DNA from: a virus
Taxonomy: Duplodnaviria; Heunggongvirae; Uroviricota; Caudoviricetes
DNA length: 19,785 bases
IMG/VR virus record: IMGVR_UViG_3300000301_000085
Strand: one strand, 5' to 3'
In this document: piece after piece, positions 1 through 9,064 of the stretch
Position numbering within the stretch: position 1 is the stretch's first letter
How the letters are laid out: the number at the start of each line of letters is the position of its first letter
Program-made: the position numbers and the translations under genes
Notes under the pieces: generated by a model
What the model was told of the DNA's origin: nothing
Database searches by the model: none
The model's input: the letters and a program-made list of their open reading frames with translations, nothing else

Positions 1-298
1 TGAAAGTCTGGATCTGTTTGGCCGGTTCATCTGGTGTCCCACGTTTCATTGGCACAATGTCAGGTGCTGCTGGCTCGGTAATCAGGTCTGCGGTCAACTC
101 GCCACGATCACTGTATGCGGCAGACGGAGAAACATTTTTGCCCTCGACTGTTGATGCTCGCATTGAGGCACAAATCCTTTGCTGATCGATAAAAGGCAAC
201 TCCGCTACGGACACCCCGTTCTCGAACTGAACGCCGCACAACATTCCCGAATAACCGGAAAATTGCGGTTCTAATAAAACAATTTTTGCTGGTTTCAT
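1..298 (-). CDS. hypothetical protein, partial (N-terminal part; continues past window start); probably a virion/morphogenesis gene
   Basis: ATG at 298-296 on minus strand, open to the window edge (translation MKPAKIVLLEPQFSGYSGMLCGVQFENG...). Not in the ORF track because it has no in-window stop. Co-oriented, 45 nt downstream of the Ig-like gene. Confidence 0.35.
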   Translation of the reverse strand, partial: MKPAKIVLLEPQFSGYSGMLCGVQFENGVSVAELPFIDQQRICASMRASTVEGKNVSPSAAYSDRGELTADLITEPAAPDIVPMKRGTPDEPAKQIQTF

Positions 299-342
299 AA
301 CGCATTCTCTCTACATGGGCGGCTTTCGCCGCCCAATATTGA

Positions 343-1263
343 TTATTCCTGTGCAGCAGTGACTTCTACGGTCGCTGTCGCTTTGTGGCTACCATCTTGG
401 GTAGCAACCTCGATTGTGGCAGTACCAGCCGCAACGCCAGTTACAACACCTGTTTCGCTATCCACCGTTGCAAACTCGGTATTTTTGGATTCCCAAGTAA
501 CGGTTTTATTTGTTGCTCCTGCCGGCTCGACATTTGCGGTCAGCTGAACAGTTTTGTTTGCCTCAACGGTTGTGCTATTTGGGTCGATTTCGACGCCGGT
601 AACAGCCACAACAGGCGCAGTTACTTCCACCGTTGCAGTTGCCTTTTTGCTGCCATCTTGGGAAACGATCTCAATCGTCGCAGTGCCAACTTCTACACCA
701 GTAACGTTCCCGCTCTGGTCTACCGTTGCCTTATCTTCATTTTTGGAAGACCAGGTAACAGCCTTATTCGTCGCATTTGACGGCTGAACATTCGCTTTCA
801 GACTGACTGATTTCCCTTTCTCAACAGACGTTGATTCTGGCGTTACCGTTACGGATTGAACGGCTACCGGATTTACGGTGACTTCCACTGAAGCGGAAAG
901 CTGGGTTTCCTGATCAGTTGCAGTAATTTTTACTTTGCCTGGTGCTACGCCAGTTACTAATCCAGTGCCGTTAACGGTTGCAATTTGGTCATTTGCTGAC
1001 TTCCAGGTGAATGAACTGGCACTCTTACCCATACTAATACCTGCACTAAGTTGAACAGTTTTCCCAACCAAAACTGACGGTGAAGCCGGGGTTATGTTTA
1101 CGGATTGGGAGAGGGGAACCGCCTGCAAACAAGCAGATAGCTGACTTTGTTGCCGCTCAGTTAAAGGTTGATCGGAGATAGAATTGGTAAATCCGGCACG
1201 GCACATATGCCCCGTAAAATCCGAAAATGCCTCTTCCGTAATCTTCATCTTTTGTTCTGGCAT
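343..1263 (-). CDS. Ig-like (Big_2-type) triple-domain protein; putative head decoration/accessory virion protein
   Basis: Three ~80-aa repeats with the pattern VTW-SKN...ATVD..G.VTGV..GTATIEV..QDGS-KATATVEVT; AGGAG SD before ATG 1263; directly downstream of the putative capsid gene. Confidence 0.75.
   Translation of the reverse strand: MPEQKMKITEEAFSDFTGHMCRAGFTNSISDQPLTERQQSQLSACLQAVPLSQSVNITPASPSVLVGKTVQLSAGISMGKSASSFTWKSANDQIATVNGTGLVTGVAPGKVKITATDQETQLSASVEVTVNPVAVQSVTVTPESTSVEKGKSVSLKANVQPSNATNKAVTWSSKNEDKATVDQSGNVTGVEVGTATIEIVSQDGSKKATATVEVTAPVVAVTGVEIDPNSTTVEANKTVQLTANVEPAGATNKTVTWESKNTEFATVDSETGVVTGVAAGTATIEVATQDGSHKATATVEVTAAQE
346..1086. repeat. three tandem ~250-bp direct repeats (coding repeats for the Ig-like domains)
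   Basis: Protein-level triplication in ORF 343..1263 maps to about 346-591, 592-840 and 841-1086. Confidence 0.65.
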
Positions 1264-1273
1264 TTCTCGCTCC

Positions 1274-1303
1274 TACAAAAAGGGTGGGCGTATAGCCCAC
1301 CCT
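1274..1303 (-). terminator. intrinsic terminator/attenuator between capsid and decoration genes
   Basis: Plus-strand AGGGTGGGC-GTATA-GCCCACCCT (1281-1303) with A-tract 1275-1280, which is a U-tract after the stem on the minus transcript; followed by SD and ATG 1263. Confidence 0.55.
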
Positions 1304-1336
1304 TTAACATAGATAACTACCTATCTACCACACTGA

Positions 1337-2293
1337 TTAAATTTTTACATTGGTCAGTGCAGCGATAGCCTTATCGTGCTTATTCGCCAGAGAGCAGTAC
1401 CACTTCACACGGGTACGTACTGCGTCTTTGTTCTGTACAGTACCAATGTTTTCAACAACGATACCTGCGTTGTCGCCGCCATACAGACCAGTAACGCCGT
1501 TCTCTTCTGACAGATGCAGGCAGTAGATGCTTGCTTTGCCAGCATCGGTCGGGATGAAGTCGTTGATGATGAACGGAACGCCGTTATGACACAGCATCGG
1601 ACGACCGAAGTTCTCCATCATGATTTCAGACGGACCTACGTTTACTGTACGCAGCAGCGCACGGTAAGCACGCAGGTGCTCTGAACGCATCATGATGCAG
1701 TCAGCACCAAGATCTTTCACCGCATCGACCAGTTCGTCGAACATAGAGAAAGTCATAGATGCACCGGCGATATCGATCTTCTGATCTGCGTGCATCAGGC
1801 GTGGAATGCCGTCAAACGCCTTGTTGTTGGAGCTGGAGTCACCCAAAATCAGGTTGCGACGGACCGCACGAGCCAGACCTTTANNNNNNNNNNNNNNNNN
1901 NNNNNNNNNNNNNNNNNNNNNNNNNNNNNNNNNNNNNNNNNNNNNNNNNNNNNNNNNNNNNNNNNNNNNNNNNNNNNNNNNNNNNNNNNNNNNNNNNNNN
2001 NTGTCGGCCATAGTGGTCGCCAGGAATTTATCAACGTCTACGTCACCAGCCAGAATACGCAGTTTCGCAACGCATTCTTCGAAGGTTGCTGCACCTTCAG
2101 GGATGGTGTCGTTAACGTCGATGAAGGTAGCTTCACTCAGCGTTTTTTCACGGTTGTACAGATATGCCTTTGAATTAATTTTCATAAAAGGCAGGATGGC
2201 AAACAGGTCATCGCGATCGATGATAGTTTCGATCACACCCTGTTCAAGTTCGTTGTTAGACAGCTTTTCAGCTTCTTCACGCAGTAATGGCAT
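1337..2293 (-). CDS. putative major capsid protein
   Basis: 318-aa ORF (118 nt masked) in the canonical slot after portal and scaffold; size and position only, no motif proof. Confidence 0.6.
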   Translation of the reverse strand: MPLLREEAEKLSNNELEQGVIETIIDRDDLFAILPFMKINSKAYLYNREKTLSEATFIDVNDTIPEGAATFEECVAKLRILAGDVDVDKFLATTMADXXXXXXXXXXXXXXXXXXXXXXXXXXXXXXXXXXXXXXXXKGLARAVRRNLILGDSSSNNKAFDGIPRLMHADQKIDIAGASMTFSMFDELVDAVKDLGADCIMMRSEHLRAYRALLRTVNVGPSEIMMENFGRPMLCHNGVPFIINDFIPTDAGKASIYCLHLSEENGVTGLYGGDNAGIVVENIGTVQNKDAVRTRVKWYCSLANKHDKAIAALTNVKI

Positions 2294-2318
2294 CTATCAA
2301 TTCCCTTTGATTTAGATG

Positions 2319-3206
2319 TTACTTAAGTCCAATTTTCCCCAGACCGGAGGCCAACTTATCCATAGTCGACTTGTTCTTCGGTTGGGATATTGTGTAGGTC
2401 GATTTGGAATGTGAGCCTACACCCTGCTTGGCTTCGCTACGCATCAATGCGTCAGCTTCCGGATCTGCCCGCACAATGCGTTCAATCGCGGATTCAAACG
2501 GCAACGGCTTACCTTCACCGTCAACCAGAACAGCTCGTTCTTTGTGACCTGCCGGTTTGTCATAACCCACTACGCTACCGTCTTCACCCACTTCAAAATG
2601 AGAACCGTAGATCACGCGGGCTTTTGCCGGGGTCATCAGAACTTTGTCACGTAGGAAGAGAGAGTTACTGAAGGAAGCGCCCACGGTCATCTCGACTAAT
2701 TGAGATTTCAGTGATGCGTTTTCACTTTCCAGTGCTGCATAACGTTCGTCACGCTGTGCCAGCTCTGCCTGGTGTGCTTCGATCATCTGTTTTTTAACAG
2801 CATCGAACTCACCACGACGCTCCAGTTCAGCTTGCTCCGCCTCACGACGTGCGTTTTCTGCGGCCTGTTCAGCTTCTAAAAGCTGGCGAGCACGAGCCGG
2901 ATCGATATCACCGTACTGAGCAAGCTGATCGGCCAATGTGCGCTCTTTCTCTTTGCGCTTCATGTTCTCCTTCAGCAGTTCAGCACCAGCTTTCTTGGTT
3001 TTACGAAGTTCGGCCAGTAACTCTTCCTGAGTCATGCCAGCGTATTCGTCATCGCCCTTCGGCTGCTCTTTTTGTTCACCCTGTTTGTCAGGATCTTGTG
3101 TACTCTGCTCATTATCAGCAGCTACACCGCCAGCGCCTCCACGCTCATGCGCTTCAGCGACATCCATCAGACCACGACAGGCCAAAAGCATTTGCCACAG
3201 ATTCAT
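2319..3206 (-). CDS. putative scaffolding protein
   Basis: 295 aa, highly charged with long predicted coiled-coil (LAELRKTKKAGAELLKENMKRKEKERTLADQLAQ...AELERRGEFDAVKKQMIEAHQAELAQRDERYAALESENASLKSQ); AAAGGA SD before ATG 3206; lies between portal and capsid. Confidence 0.55.
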   Translation of the reverse strand: MNLWQMLLACRGLMDVAEAHERGGAGGVAADNEQSTQDPDKQGEQKEQPKGDDEYAGMTQEELLAELRKTKKAGAELLKENMKRKEKERTLADQLAQYGDIDPARARQLLEAEQAAENARREAEQAELERRGEFDAVKKQMIEAHQAELAQRDERYAALESENASLKSQLVEMTVGASFSNSLFLRDKVLMTPAKARVIYGSHFEVGEDGSVVGYDKPAGHKERAVLVDGEGKPLPFESAIERIVRADPEADALMRSEAKQGVGSHSKSTYTISQPKNKSTMDKLASGLGKIGLK

Positions 3207-3227
3207 AAAAATTCCTTTTGTTACTTA

Positions 3228-3596
3228 TCACTCGTTCTCTTGAGTAGATGAGTCCCCATTCCCTCGGGGTTGATCTTGCCCGCTTTCTTGGGCTGTACCA
3301 CGATCATAAGTAAGTACTGACTTATTTTCAAGGGTATTTAGATCATTTTTTGGAGGAAAATTCAAGAGATCTTTGTCAAATTCCTTTTTCATCGCCTCAG
3401 TAATGTTCGGGAAAATCTTCTCAATAAGCATTTCCATCTGGTGACGACGTACAGAGTCCGGTGCCTGAAGTAATGACAGTTTCTCGGCAACAGAAAATTC
3501 ATCAGTAAGGCCACGAATATCGAAACTTTCTGGATACGCAATTAAAGAGTGGTCTTCGTCCAGATCTACCCCCATCCATTTCGCAACCAGTAGCAT
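3228..3596 (-). CDS. hypothetical head-morphogenesis protein (5' end uncertain, may start inside masked segment 3637-3719)
   Basis: Open frame distinct from the portal frame; first unmasked ATG at 3596-3594, just after portal stop 3607; acidic C-terminus. Confidence 0.4.
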   Translation of the reverse strand: MLLVAKWMGVDLDEDHSLIAYPESFDIRGLTDEFSVAEKLSLLQAPDSVRRHQMEMLIEKIFPNITEAMKKEFDKDLLNFPPKNDLNTLENKSVLTYDRGTAQESGQDQPRGNGDSSTQENE

Positions 3597-3606
3597 GATT
3601 TGGCGT

Positions 3607-4884
3607 TCAGCCCTTTCCAGACGCTCTGCTTTTGTGNNNNNNNNNNNNNNNNNNNNNNNNNNNNNNNNNNNNNNNNNNNNNNNNNNNNNNNNNNNNNNNN
3701 NNNNNNNNNNNNNNNNNNNCAAGCAAGCTATTTACACGCTGGAAGTCATACATTTTTGCGGCACCAGATGAATTATCGATTCCCTGTGCGTTGTCCTGCT
3801 TCGTTCGCTCACCAGCTACACCAACTGAATGGTAGATTTCGTTAATCACCGTCTTAATCGTAGTGATGATCATCTGAGCTTGTTTCGGGTCTGGTGACAG
3901 ATAAAACGGCTGGTTTCCACCTTCAGAATCGTAGGTGAAGACTCGCTTTGTGCCCATTTCAAGCACTTTAGTGTGGTTTTCATCACCAGGTAAAAGCGAC
4001 TGTACCGGTATAGCCAACTGGCTAAATGTCTGATCCTGAATAATGGCATCAAGGTTTGACAGATAGTTTGCAACCGCACGATCAAGATAAGCGATATCAT
4101 CGATCAACGATGGGCTGAAATACGGTGATTCACTTTCTCCAATACAATCAACAGGAAACACAGGAACTACGCCGAGATTATGCTCACCGCTATCCTCTAA
4201 AATAACTTTTGCCTGACGGCGACCTGCTCCACCAGCGCCCTTCTTCACTTCCTCACGGAACAGATACCACTCGTTTTGTGTCCACAGACGATAACGTTGG
4301 TATTCCTGACCTGTAGAAGTAAAAGGATCTGCGTCATCACGAGCGACTTCCACAATTAACGCCCACAACATATTCCCGTCGTCGTCCCATGCCACATCAA
4401 GCATTTGCTGAGGTGAAATCCAGTAGGCGTAGGCGCGAGCATCTTTCTTTTTCTCGTCAGCTACTGACTCAACATCACCACTCATCGTGCTATCGACAAC
4501 AACCCATATGCGACCGTAAATAGACGACTGCAAATCAATAGCGGCCATAAATGAGTCAATAGAGGCATTCTGGCGAGTCGCACGTTTCCAGAAATTGCGG
4601 ATCTGCTCTGGTGCCTCTTCGATATTTCTATGAATGTCTTCTTTAAAGAGATATTTGTTGATGAGGTTTACCACCTCACGAGTGTGGTTGAAGCGATAAG
4701 CACGTTCAACTCGCTCCTTAAACTCCTGATCTCCCTCTTTAAAGTAACGAAAGATATTGTCTGTAAACCAACCACGCCCGCCAGCGTAAGTGCTGGCGAG
4801 GAAGTCCCAATGTTCTTTTTTCTTTTCGTATTCCGGGTGGCGTCGCGCCACCAGATCCTTAATTTGTTTGTCGTTCAATTCCAT
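3607..4884 (-). CDS. putative portal protein
   Basis: 425-aa ORF immediately downstream of terminase large subunit; TAAGGT SD before ATG 4884. Assignment by synteny and size. Confidence 0.6.
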   Translation of the reverse strand: MELNDKQIKDLVARRHPEYEKKKEHWDFLASTYAGGRGWFTDNIFRYFKEGDQEFKERVERAYRFNHTREVVNLINKYLFKEDIHRNIEEAPEQIRNFWKRATRQNASIDSFMAAIDLQSSIYGRIWVVVDSTMSGDVESVADEKKKDARAYAYWISPQQMLDVAWDDDGNMLWALIVEVARDDADPFTSTGQEYQRYRLWTQNEWYLFREEVKKGAGGAGRRQAKVILEDSGEHNLGVVPVFPVDCIGESESPYFSPSLIDDIAYLDRAVANYLSNLDAIIQDQTFSQLAIPVQSLLPGDENHTKVLEMGTKRVFTYDSEGGNQPFYLSPDPKQAQMIITTIKTVINEIYHSVGVAGERTKQDNAQGIDNSSGAAKMYDFQRVNSLLXXXXXXXXXXXXXXXXXXXXXXXXXXXXHKSRASGKG

Positions 4885-4910
4885 TTGAATAACCTTAGAT
4901 AATTACTTAC

Positions 4911-6167
4911 CTATCGTGAACCACCAAGAATAACACGGTTTTTGACTGGATACCTACGATGTACTGGATAGCCCAATGCGTCTGCACTATGCTCAATGCC
5001 ACCTGTCTTATCCATATCTCGTGTTCCAGGCTTGTAGATGACTTTTTCCAGTGAATCAATCAAATGCTTGCACTTCGGATCGATATACAGCCGGATATCT
5101 CCAGATGCGGTCATCAGCATTCGGTTAACAGCATTAACACGATCCGCAATTGGCGGGTGCTTTTTCGAATAATCGACACGTAAGAATCCCTTCTCTTTGA
5201 ATATGTCGACGTCAGACTCCCCGCGAGCATGTTGGCGATAAGCACCTGCCGGATCTGGAAATACCGTTATCTGTGATTTCCAGCGCCAGAAGCGTCTCTC
5301 AAGCTCATCACAAACCTCTGCCGTGTTAGAGGAAAAGAGCACCAATTCATCAATTGCCCATAGCTCACCATTTGGCTGAGGTTGCAAAATTACTGAAGAC
5401 ATCGGGTCAATGTTGAAGTCCTGCCCTACCCATATAGGCAACCGAGGGTTGAACTGAAGCGGTTTTACATGCACGTTACGATCGAACGGGTAGTAAACGC
5501 GCCCGGACATGTTCTCAAAGCTCGCCAGGTACTCCTGAGCGAACGATTTCGGGTCCATATCGTTCTTAGCAGCTTCAATTTCCGCCGTAGGTACAAACGG
5601 AGAATCGGCAGTTACAAACTGCCAGCTCTTCCACTGTCCCTTTCTTTGCAGCTCTACGTTCTGGCCTATAGTCCACAGTTTGTGAAATTCCGAGAAGCCT
5701 TTTGGCGTACCAATGATCAGTGCACCGCCGCGTGTCGATGAAAGAGTAGGTCGTAACACCTTGTACCAGGTGTCAGCCTTCATATCCTGAAATTCATCAA
5801 GCACTACAAAATGCAACGCTACGCCGCGCAGAGTGTCAGGCTTATCAGCACCTTTGAGGGCGATCTCCGAACCGTTCTTCAACACGATTGTCATCGTGGT
5901 GTCGTTCTTTTTCCTAACCCACTTACGAGGCAGAACTTCCTGTAGATCGTCCCACAAAATCTGGCGAGCCATCTGGTATGTAGGAGCGACATACCAGACC
6001 CTTTGCTTTTTTTCCTTTGCCGCCGCACGAATAATAGTGGAGATCGACAACCGGGATTTTCCCCAGCGTCGACCAGCACAAACAACTTTAAATCGATGCG
6101 GAGACTGGAAGACTTTCATCTGTCCAGAATGCAGTTGCACAAGACTGAGCGAGGACGGGATTGCCAT
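4911..6167 (-). CDS. terL: terminase large subunit
   Basis: Walker A VCAGRRWGKS, Walker B-like LHFVVLDEFQD, LIIGTPKG, C-terminal nuclease-like acidic motifs (VGQDFN, IEHSADALGY); start overlaps upstream stop (TAATG at 6165-6169). Confidence 0.9.
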   Translation of the reverse strand: MAIPSSLSLVQLHSGQMKVFQSPHRFKVVCAGRRWGKSRLSISTIIRAAAKEKKQRVWYVAPTYQMARQILWDDLQEVLPRKWVRKKNDTTMTIVLKNGSEIALKGADKPDTLRGVALHFVVLDEFQDMKADTWYKVLRPTLSSTRGGALIIGTPKGFSEFHKLWTIGQNVELQRKGQWKSWQFVTADSPFVPTAEIEAAKNDMDPKSFAQEYLASFENMSGRVYYPFDRNVHVKPLQFNPRLPIWVGQDFNIDPMSSVILQPQPNGELWAIDELVLFSSNTAEVCDELERRFWRWKSQITVFPDPAGAYRQHARGESDVDIFKEKGFLRVDYSKKHPPIADRVNAVNRMLMTASGDIRLYIDPKCKHLIDSLEKVIYKPGTRDMDKTGGIEHSADALGYPVHRRYPVKNRVILGGSR

Positions 6168-6799
6168 TATTCGTCCTCCCCTTCACTTCCATCATCTGTC
6201 GCATCAAATTCGCTTAGAGCTTCTTCTTCCAACGTCTCAAGCAATTCGTCATCGATGATTTCAGGCTCGTCGTCTTCCTGACGTAATTTCGCCACCTGGG
6301 AAGGCGTAAGCTCACCAAATACCAGGTTCGGAATTTCTTCCTCGTCATTTTCCGCATGATCCATGCCCAATGCTTTGGACGAAACTTCAAAGCATTTTGC
6401 AAGGGTATTACTGGCTCTCTGTAAGCTCTTGAGAGAATCCTCAATCGCCACTAAAGGCTTACCCTCACGTTTGGCCGTAGTGACTTCGACCATCACCATC
6501 TGCCCCAACGCATACGCCCAGCCGTCATAACGTGTACGACGTTCTTCTATCTTTTCCGCACGGGCTTTAGCGCGAAGCTCTGCGTCAGATTTAAGAGACT
6601 CACGAACCATCTTCCCAACAGAGTCCGCGCCTTTCTCTAATCCTCGCTTTTTGAAATGTCTGGAGAGTGTTTCACGACGAATGCCGTACTCTTCCTCCAG
6701 CTTTGAGAGTGTATATTCGCCTGACGTCCATTTGGCTTCAGCTTCGGCCCACTCCGCTGGTGTCAGGCGAGTTTTTACCTCGTCTTTTTCGACCGTCAT
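6167..6799 (-). CDS. terS: putative terminase small subunit
   Basis: 210 aa, N-terminal HTH-like segment (TLSKLEEEYGIRRETLSRHFKKRG), strongly acidic C-terminus, translationally coupled to terL. Confidence 0.6.
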   Translation of the reverse strand: MTVEKDEVKTRLTPAEWAEAEAKWTSGEYTLSKLEEEYGIRRETLSRHFKKRGLEKGADSVGKMVRESLKSDAELRAKARAEKIEERRTRYDGWAYALGQMVMVEVTTAKREGKPLVAIEDSLKSLQRASNTLAKCFEVSSKALGMDHAENDEEEIPNLVFGELTPSQVAKLRQEDDEPEIIDDELLETLEEEALSEFDATDDGSEGEDE

Positions 6800-6805
6800 A
6801 GATCC

Positions 6806-6838
6806 CTCTAAAACACACAGAGCGCGTCCATGCGCTCT
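6806..6838 (-). terminator. terminator-like hairpin plus U-tract in the leader just before the terS SD (possible attenuator)
   Basis: Plus-strand AGAGCGC-GTCCAT-GCGCTCT (6819-6838); the minus transcript reads hairpin then GUGUGUUUUAGAGGGAUCU-AUG. Confidence 0.45.
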
Positions 6839-6879
6839 AAAACAACTTGTTTACTGCATCTGCTAACCAACTTGTTTTC
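6839..6879. promoter_or_regulatory. two copies of the AACAAcTTGTT palindrome (operator-like) in the late-operon leader
   Basis: AAAACAACTTGTTTA at 6839-6853 and ACCAACTTGTTTTC at 6866-6879; same core as elements upstream of the small genes at 16.6-19.7 kb. Confidence 0.5.
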
Positions 6880-6994
6880 TGGGGTGTTTAATTAGGTCTG
6901 GCATGTCTTACGAAGCCTGCTTCCGTATATATTTAATAAGTTACTTATTATTTATATATACAGATGCAGGTCTTTAAATAAGCTCCCAGACCGA

Positions 6995-7261
6995 TTACAT
7001 CACCAGTAACTTCGCTTTGGCTCGACCTAAAGTGGTTAACCCAAGAGTCCGGCGGTGATAGCGATTGTCACTGCGTTGGCGCGTATGCCCTTTCTCCACC
7101 AGCCCCTTTTTTATCAGAGCGCGAATTGAGAACTGGATACTTTGCTTGGTTGTCTTGTACGGCAAAACTTCAAGCAATTCGTCCAGGTCAAGTAGATGAC
7201 CTCGCTCATAACCGAGATTGAGCGTTTTGATGATGTCCTTTTGTTTATCGGTTAACGTCAT
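6995..7261 (-). CDS. small winged-helix/HTH-like DNA-binding protein (candidate regulator)
   Basis: 88 aa, basic; AAGGA SD before ATG 7261; helix-like segment TTKQSIQFSIRALIKKGLV; sits between the cassette and the late leader. Confidence 0.5.
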   Translation of the reverse strand: MTLTDKQKDIIKTLNLGYERGHLLDLDELLEVLPYKTTKQSIQFSIRALIKKGLVEKGHTRQRSDNRYHRRTLGLTTLGRAKAKLLVM

Positions 7262-7361
7262 GGCAAATCCTTATGCCGGTAAAGCAATTTCTAACGGTTT
7301 ATCCAAAGGTTGTTTGTCGAATGCCAGCAGTGGCAGCGTGTCAGGCAGTCGACGGCCAAAG

Positions 7362-8316
7362 TCAGGGTTTCGGTACACACCATACAACGGANNNNNNNNN
7401 NNNNNNNNNNNNNNNNNNNNNNNNNNNNNNNNNNNNNNNNNNNNNNNNNNNNNNNNNNNNNNNNNNNNNNNNNNNNNNNNNNNTGTGAATGTCCTTGAGC
7501 AGCTTCACAATGCTGGCCTCGTCCACCAGACTGTCGGCAATGTCCTGAATCGTCGTGCCACGATTCCGCCCAGCTTTTGCCAGGGAACTGTTCTTATGGT
7601 AGTCCGCCACCAAATCGCGCAGCGCACGGCGACGACGAGACTCGCTCATAGCGAACAACTCTTTGACGATCGCCTCGTTATCACCCGGGTCGGAGCGGAA
7701 ATGGCGCTGGAACACACGCAGTGCACTTTCATAGCTCTTCGGTCGCTCAGGGCGGATGAACTTAAACCCTGCTTTCATGGCGAAGGGATTGTATTTGCTC
7801 ATCGAGGACTGGATCTCAATGATTGGCCGGTCATGCATCCTGCTAACCAGGTTAATCATTCGATAAGAGACGCCTACGCCACGATACTGAGTATCCACAA
7901 CTGAGCGACTGATCACCGCAAAGTTGTTATTCACGTACCGACCCCAGTANNNNNNNNNNNNNNNNNNNNNNNNNNNNNNNNNNNNNNNNNNNNNNNNNNN
8001 NNNNNNNNNNNNNNNNNNNNNNNNNNNNNNNNNNNNNNNNNNNNNNNNNNNNNNTTGGTTTCAACTTAGGAAACATGCGGTGGCGAGGTGCCAACAGTAG
8101 TTTCGGGTAAGCCATAACCACGACGCCCACCAGACGGTCATCAAGTTCGCAGCGATAGTAAGTTGGCGCGAAAGGTTTGCCGTCTGTTTTGTAGTGAAGC
8201 GACTTAAGAGCGTGCCAGTCCTCTACAGTCCCCTTTGTAACAGTCATTCGCTCCAGAAAGTCCAGATGACGCGGAAACTCTTCAGGGCGGTAGCGTTTAA
8301 TGATGATGTCCGTCAT
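7362..8316 (-). CDS. GNAT-fold acyltransferase-like protein with C-terminal extension (interrupted by masked segments 7950-8054 and 7392-7483; frame differs across the first)
   Basis: N-part LVGVVVMAYP (beta strand); C-part FAVISRSVVDTQYRGVGVSYRMINLV (R-G-x-G motif A-like) and NPFAMKAGFKFI (motif B-like); start ATGA-coupled to the upstream ATPase stop (8313-8316). Confidence 0.45.
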
Positions 8317-9064
8317 GAATGGACCTCATCATGAATACCATTGTGATATTCCACCTTCACGCGTTCTTTGTAGTGCTTGGTGATCTGCATATCAGGGCGC
8401 AGCGCGTTCTTCAGGTCTTCGTGAGTCGTCGCCACCATTACCGTCGCACCAACCTTTCGAGCGGCACGCTGGAGGTTAGACGCCACAACCTGAGCGGTTA
8501 CACGGTCGAGAACAGCGCCGAACTCGTCAGCAGCCCATACTTTAGCGCCTGACTCAATCAGTTTGGCAATCTTGAGACGATATTTCTGGCCGTCTGACAT
8601 TTCAGAAGGCTTGCGAACAAACAGATATGCATCGTTCAGACCAGCCATAGATANNNNNNNNNNNNNNNNNNNNNNNNNNNNNNNNNNNNNNNNNNNNNNN
8701 NNNNNNNNNNNNNNNNNNNNNNNNNNNNNNNNNNNNNNNNNNNNNNNNNCGCATCACTGGTCGTTTTGCCCAACTGATCGATGACGTTAACCTCATTATC
8801 GAAGGTAAAATCATCGATGGAGGCTACAGACAGCCCTTCATCCTTCATCTGTCGTTGCAACTCGCGCAGCACAACGGATTTGCCGGAACCGGATTGGCCG
8901 GTGATGTACACCACATCGCCCTGCTTCACTTCCAGCTCCAGATTGTCGTAAAGCGTCCACTCTTTTTCGTCCAGGCCAAGCCCGAACGACTCAGCGATTT
9001 CCAACGTGCGCGTGGTTTTATTTACGCGTGTCTGAAACGATACGTTGATGATGTATTTGCTCAT
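8313..9064 (-). CDS. ABC-type ATPase (nucleotide-binding-domain-like, ~250 aa; two ORF segments, frame changes at masked segment 8654-8749)
   Basis: Walker A YITGQSGSGKS; signature-like SDGQKYRLKIAKL; Walker B/D-loop VWAADEFGAVLD; H-loop MVATTHED; ATGA coupling to the ParB-like gene at 9061-9064. Confidence 0.7.

Noticed and set aside
108-305. 65-aa minus-strand ORF from the track
   Set aside because: An alternative minus-strand frame (ATG 298, open to the window edge) gives a longer ORF with more protein-like composition. The 65-aa ORF is basic, low-complexity and overlaps it.
359-787. Three plus-strand ORFs (62, 131, 77 aa) inside the Ig-like gene
   Set aside because: Antisense shadow ORFs within repetitive coding sequence; no SD, and their composition mirrors the sense repeats.
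7218-7904. 228-aa plus-strand ORF
   Set aside because: Antisense to the GNAT-like gene and winged-helix gene, spans a masked run, no SD; the minus-strand genes have coupling and motifs.
8313-9064. Interpreting the ABC ATPase (and helicase, GNAT) as genuinely split two-subunit enzymes or programmed frameshifts
   Set aside because: The frame change falls exactly inside a masked segment in every case, so a masking or length artefact is the simpler explanation; left open pending unmasked sequence.
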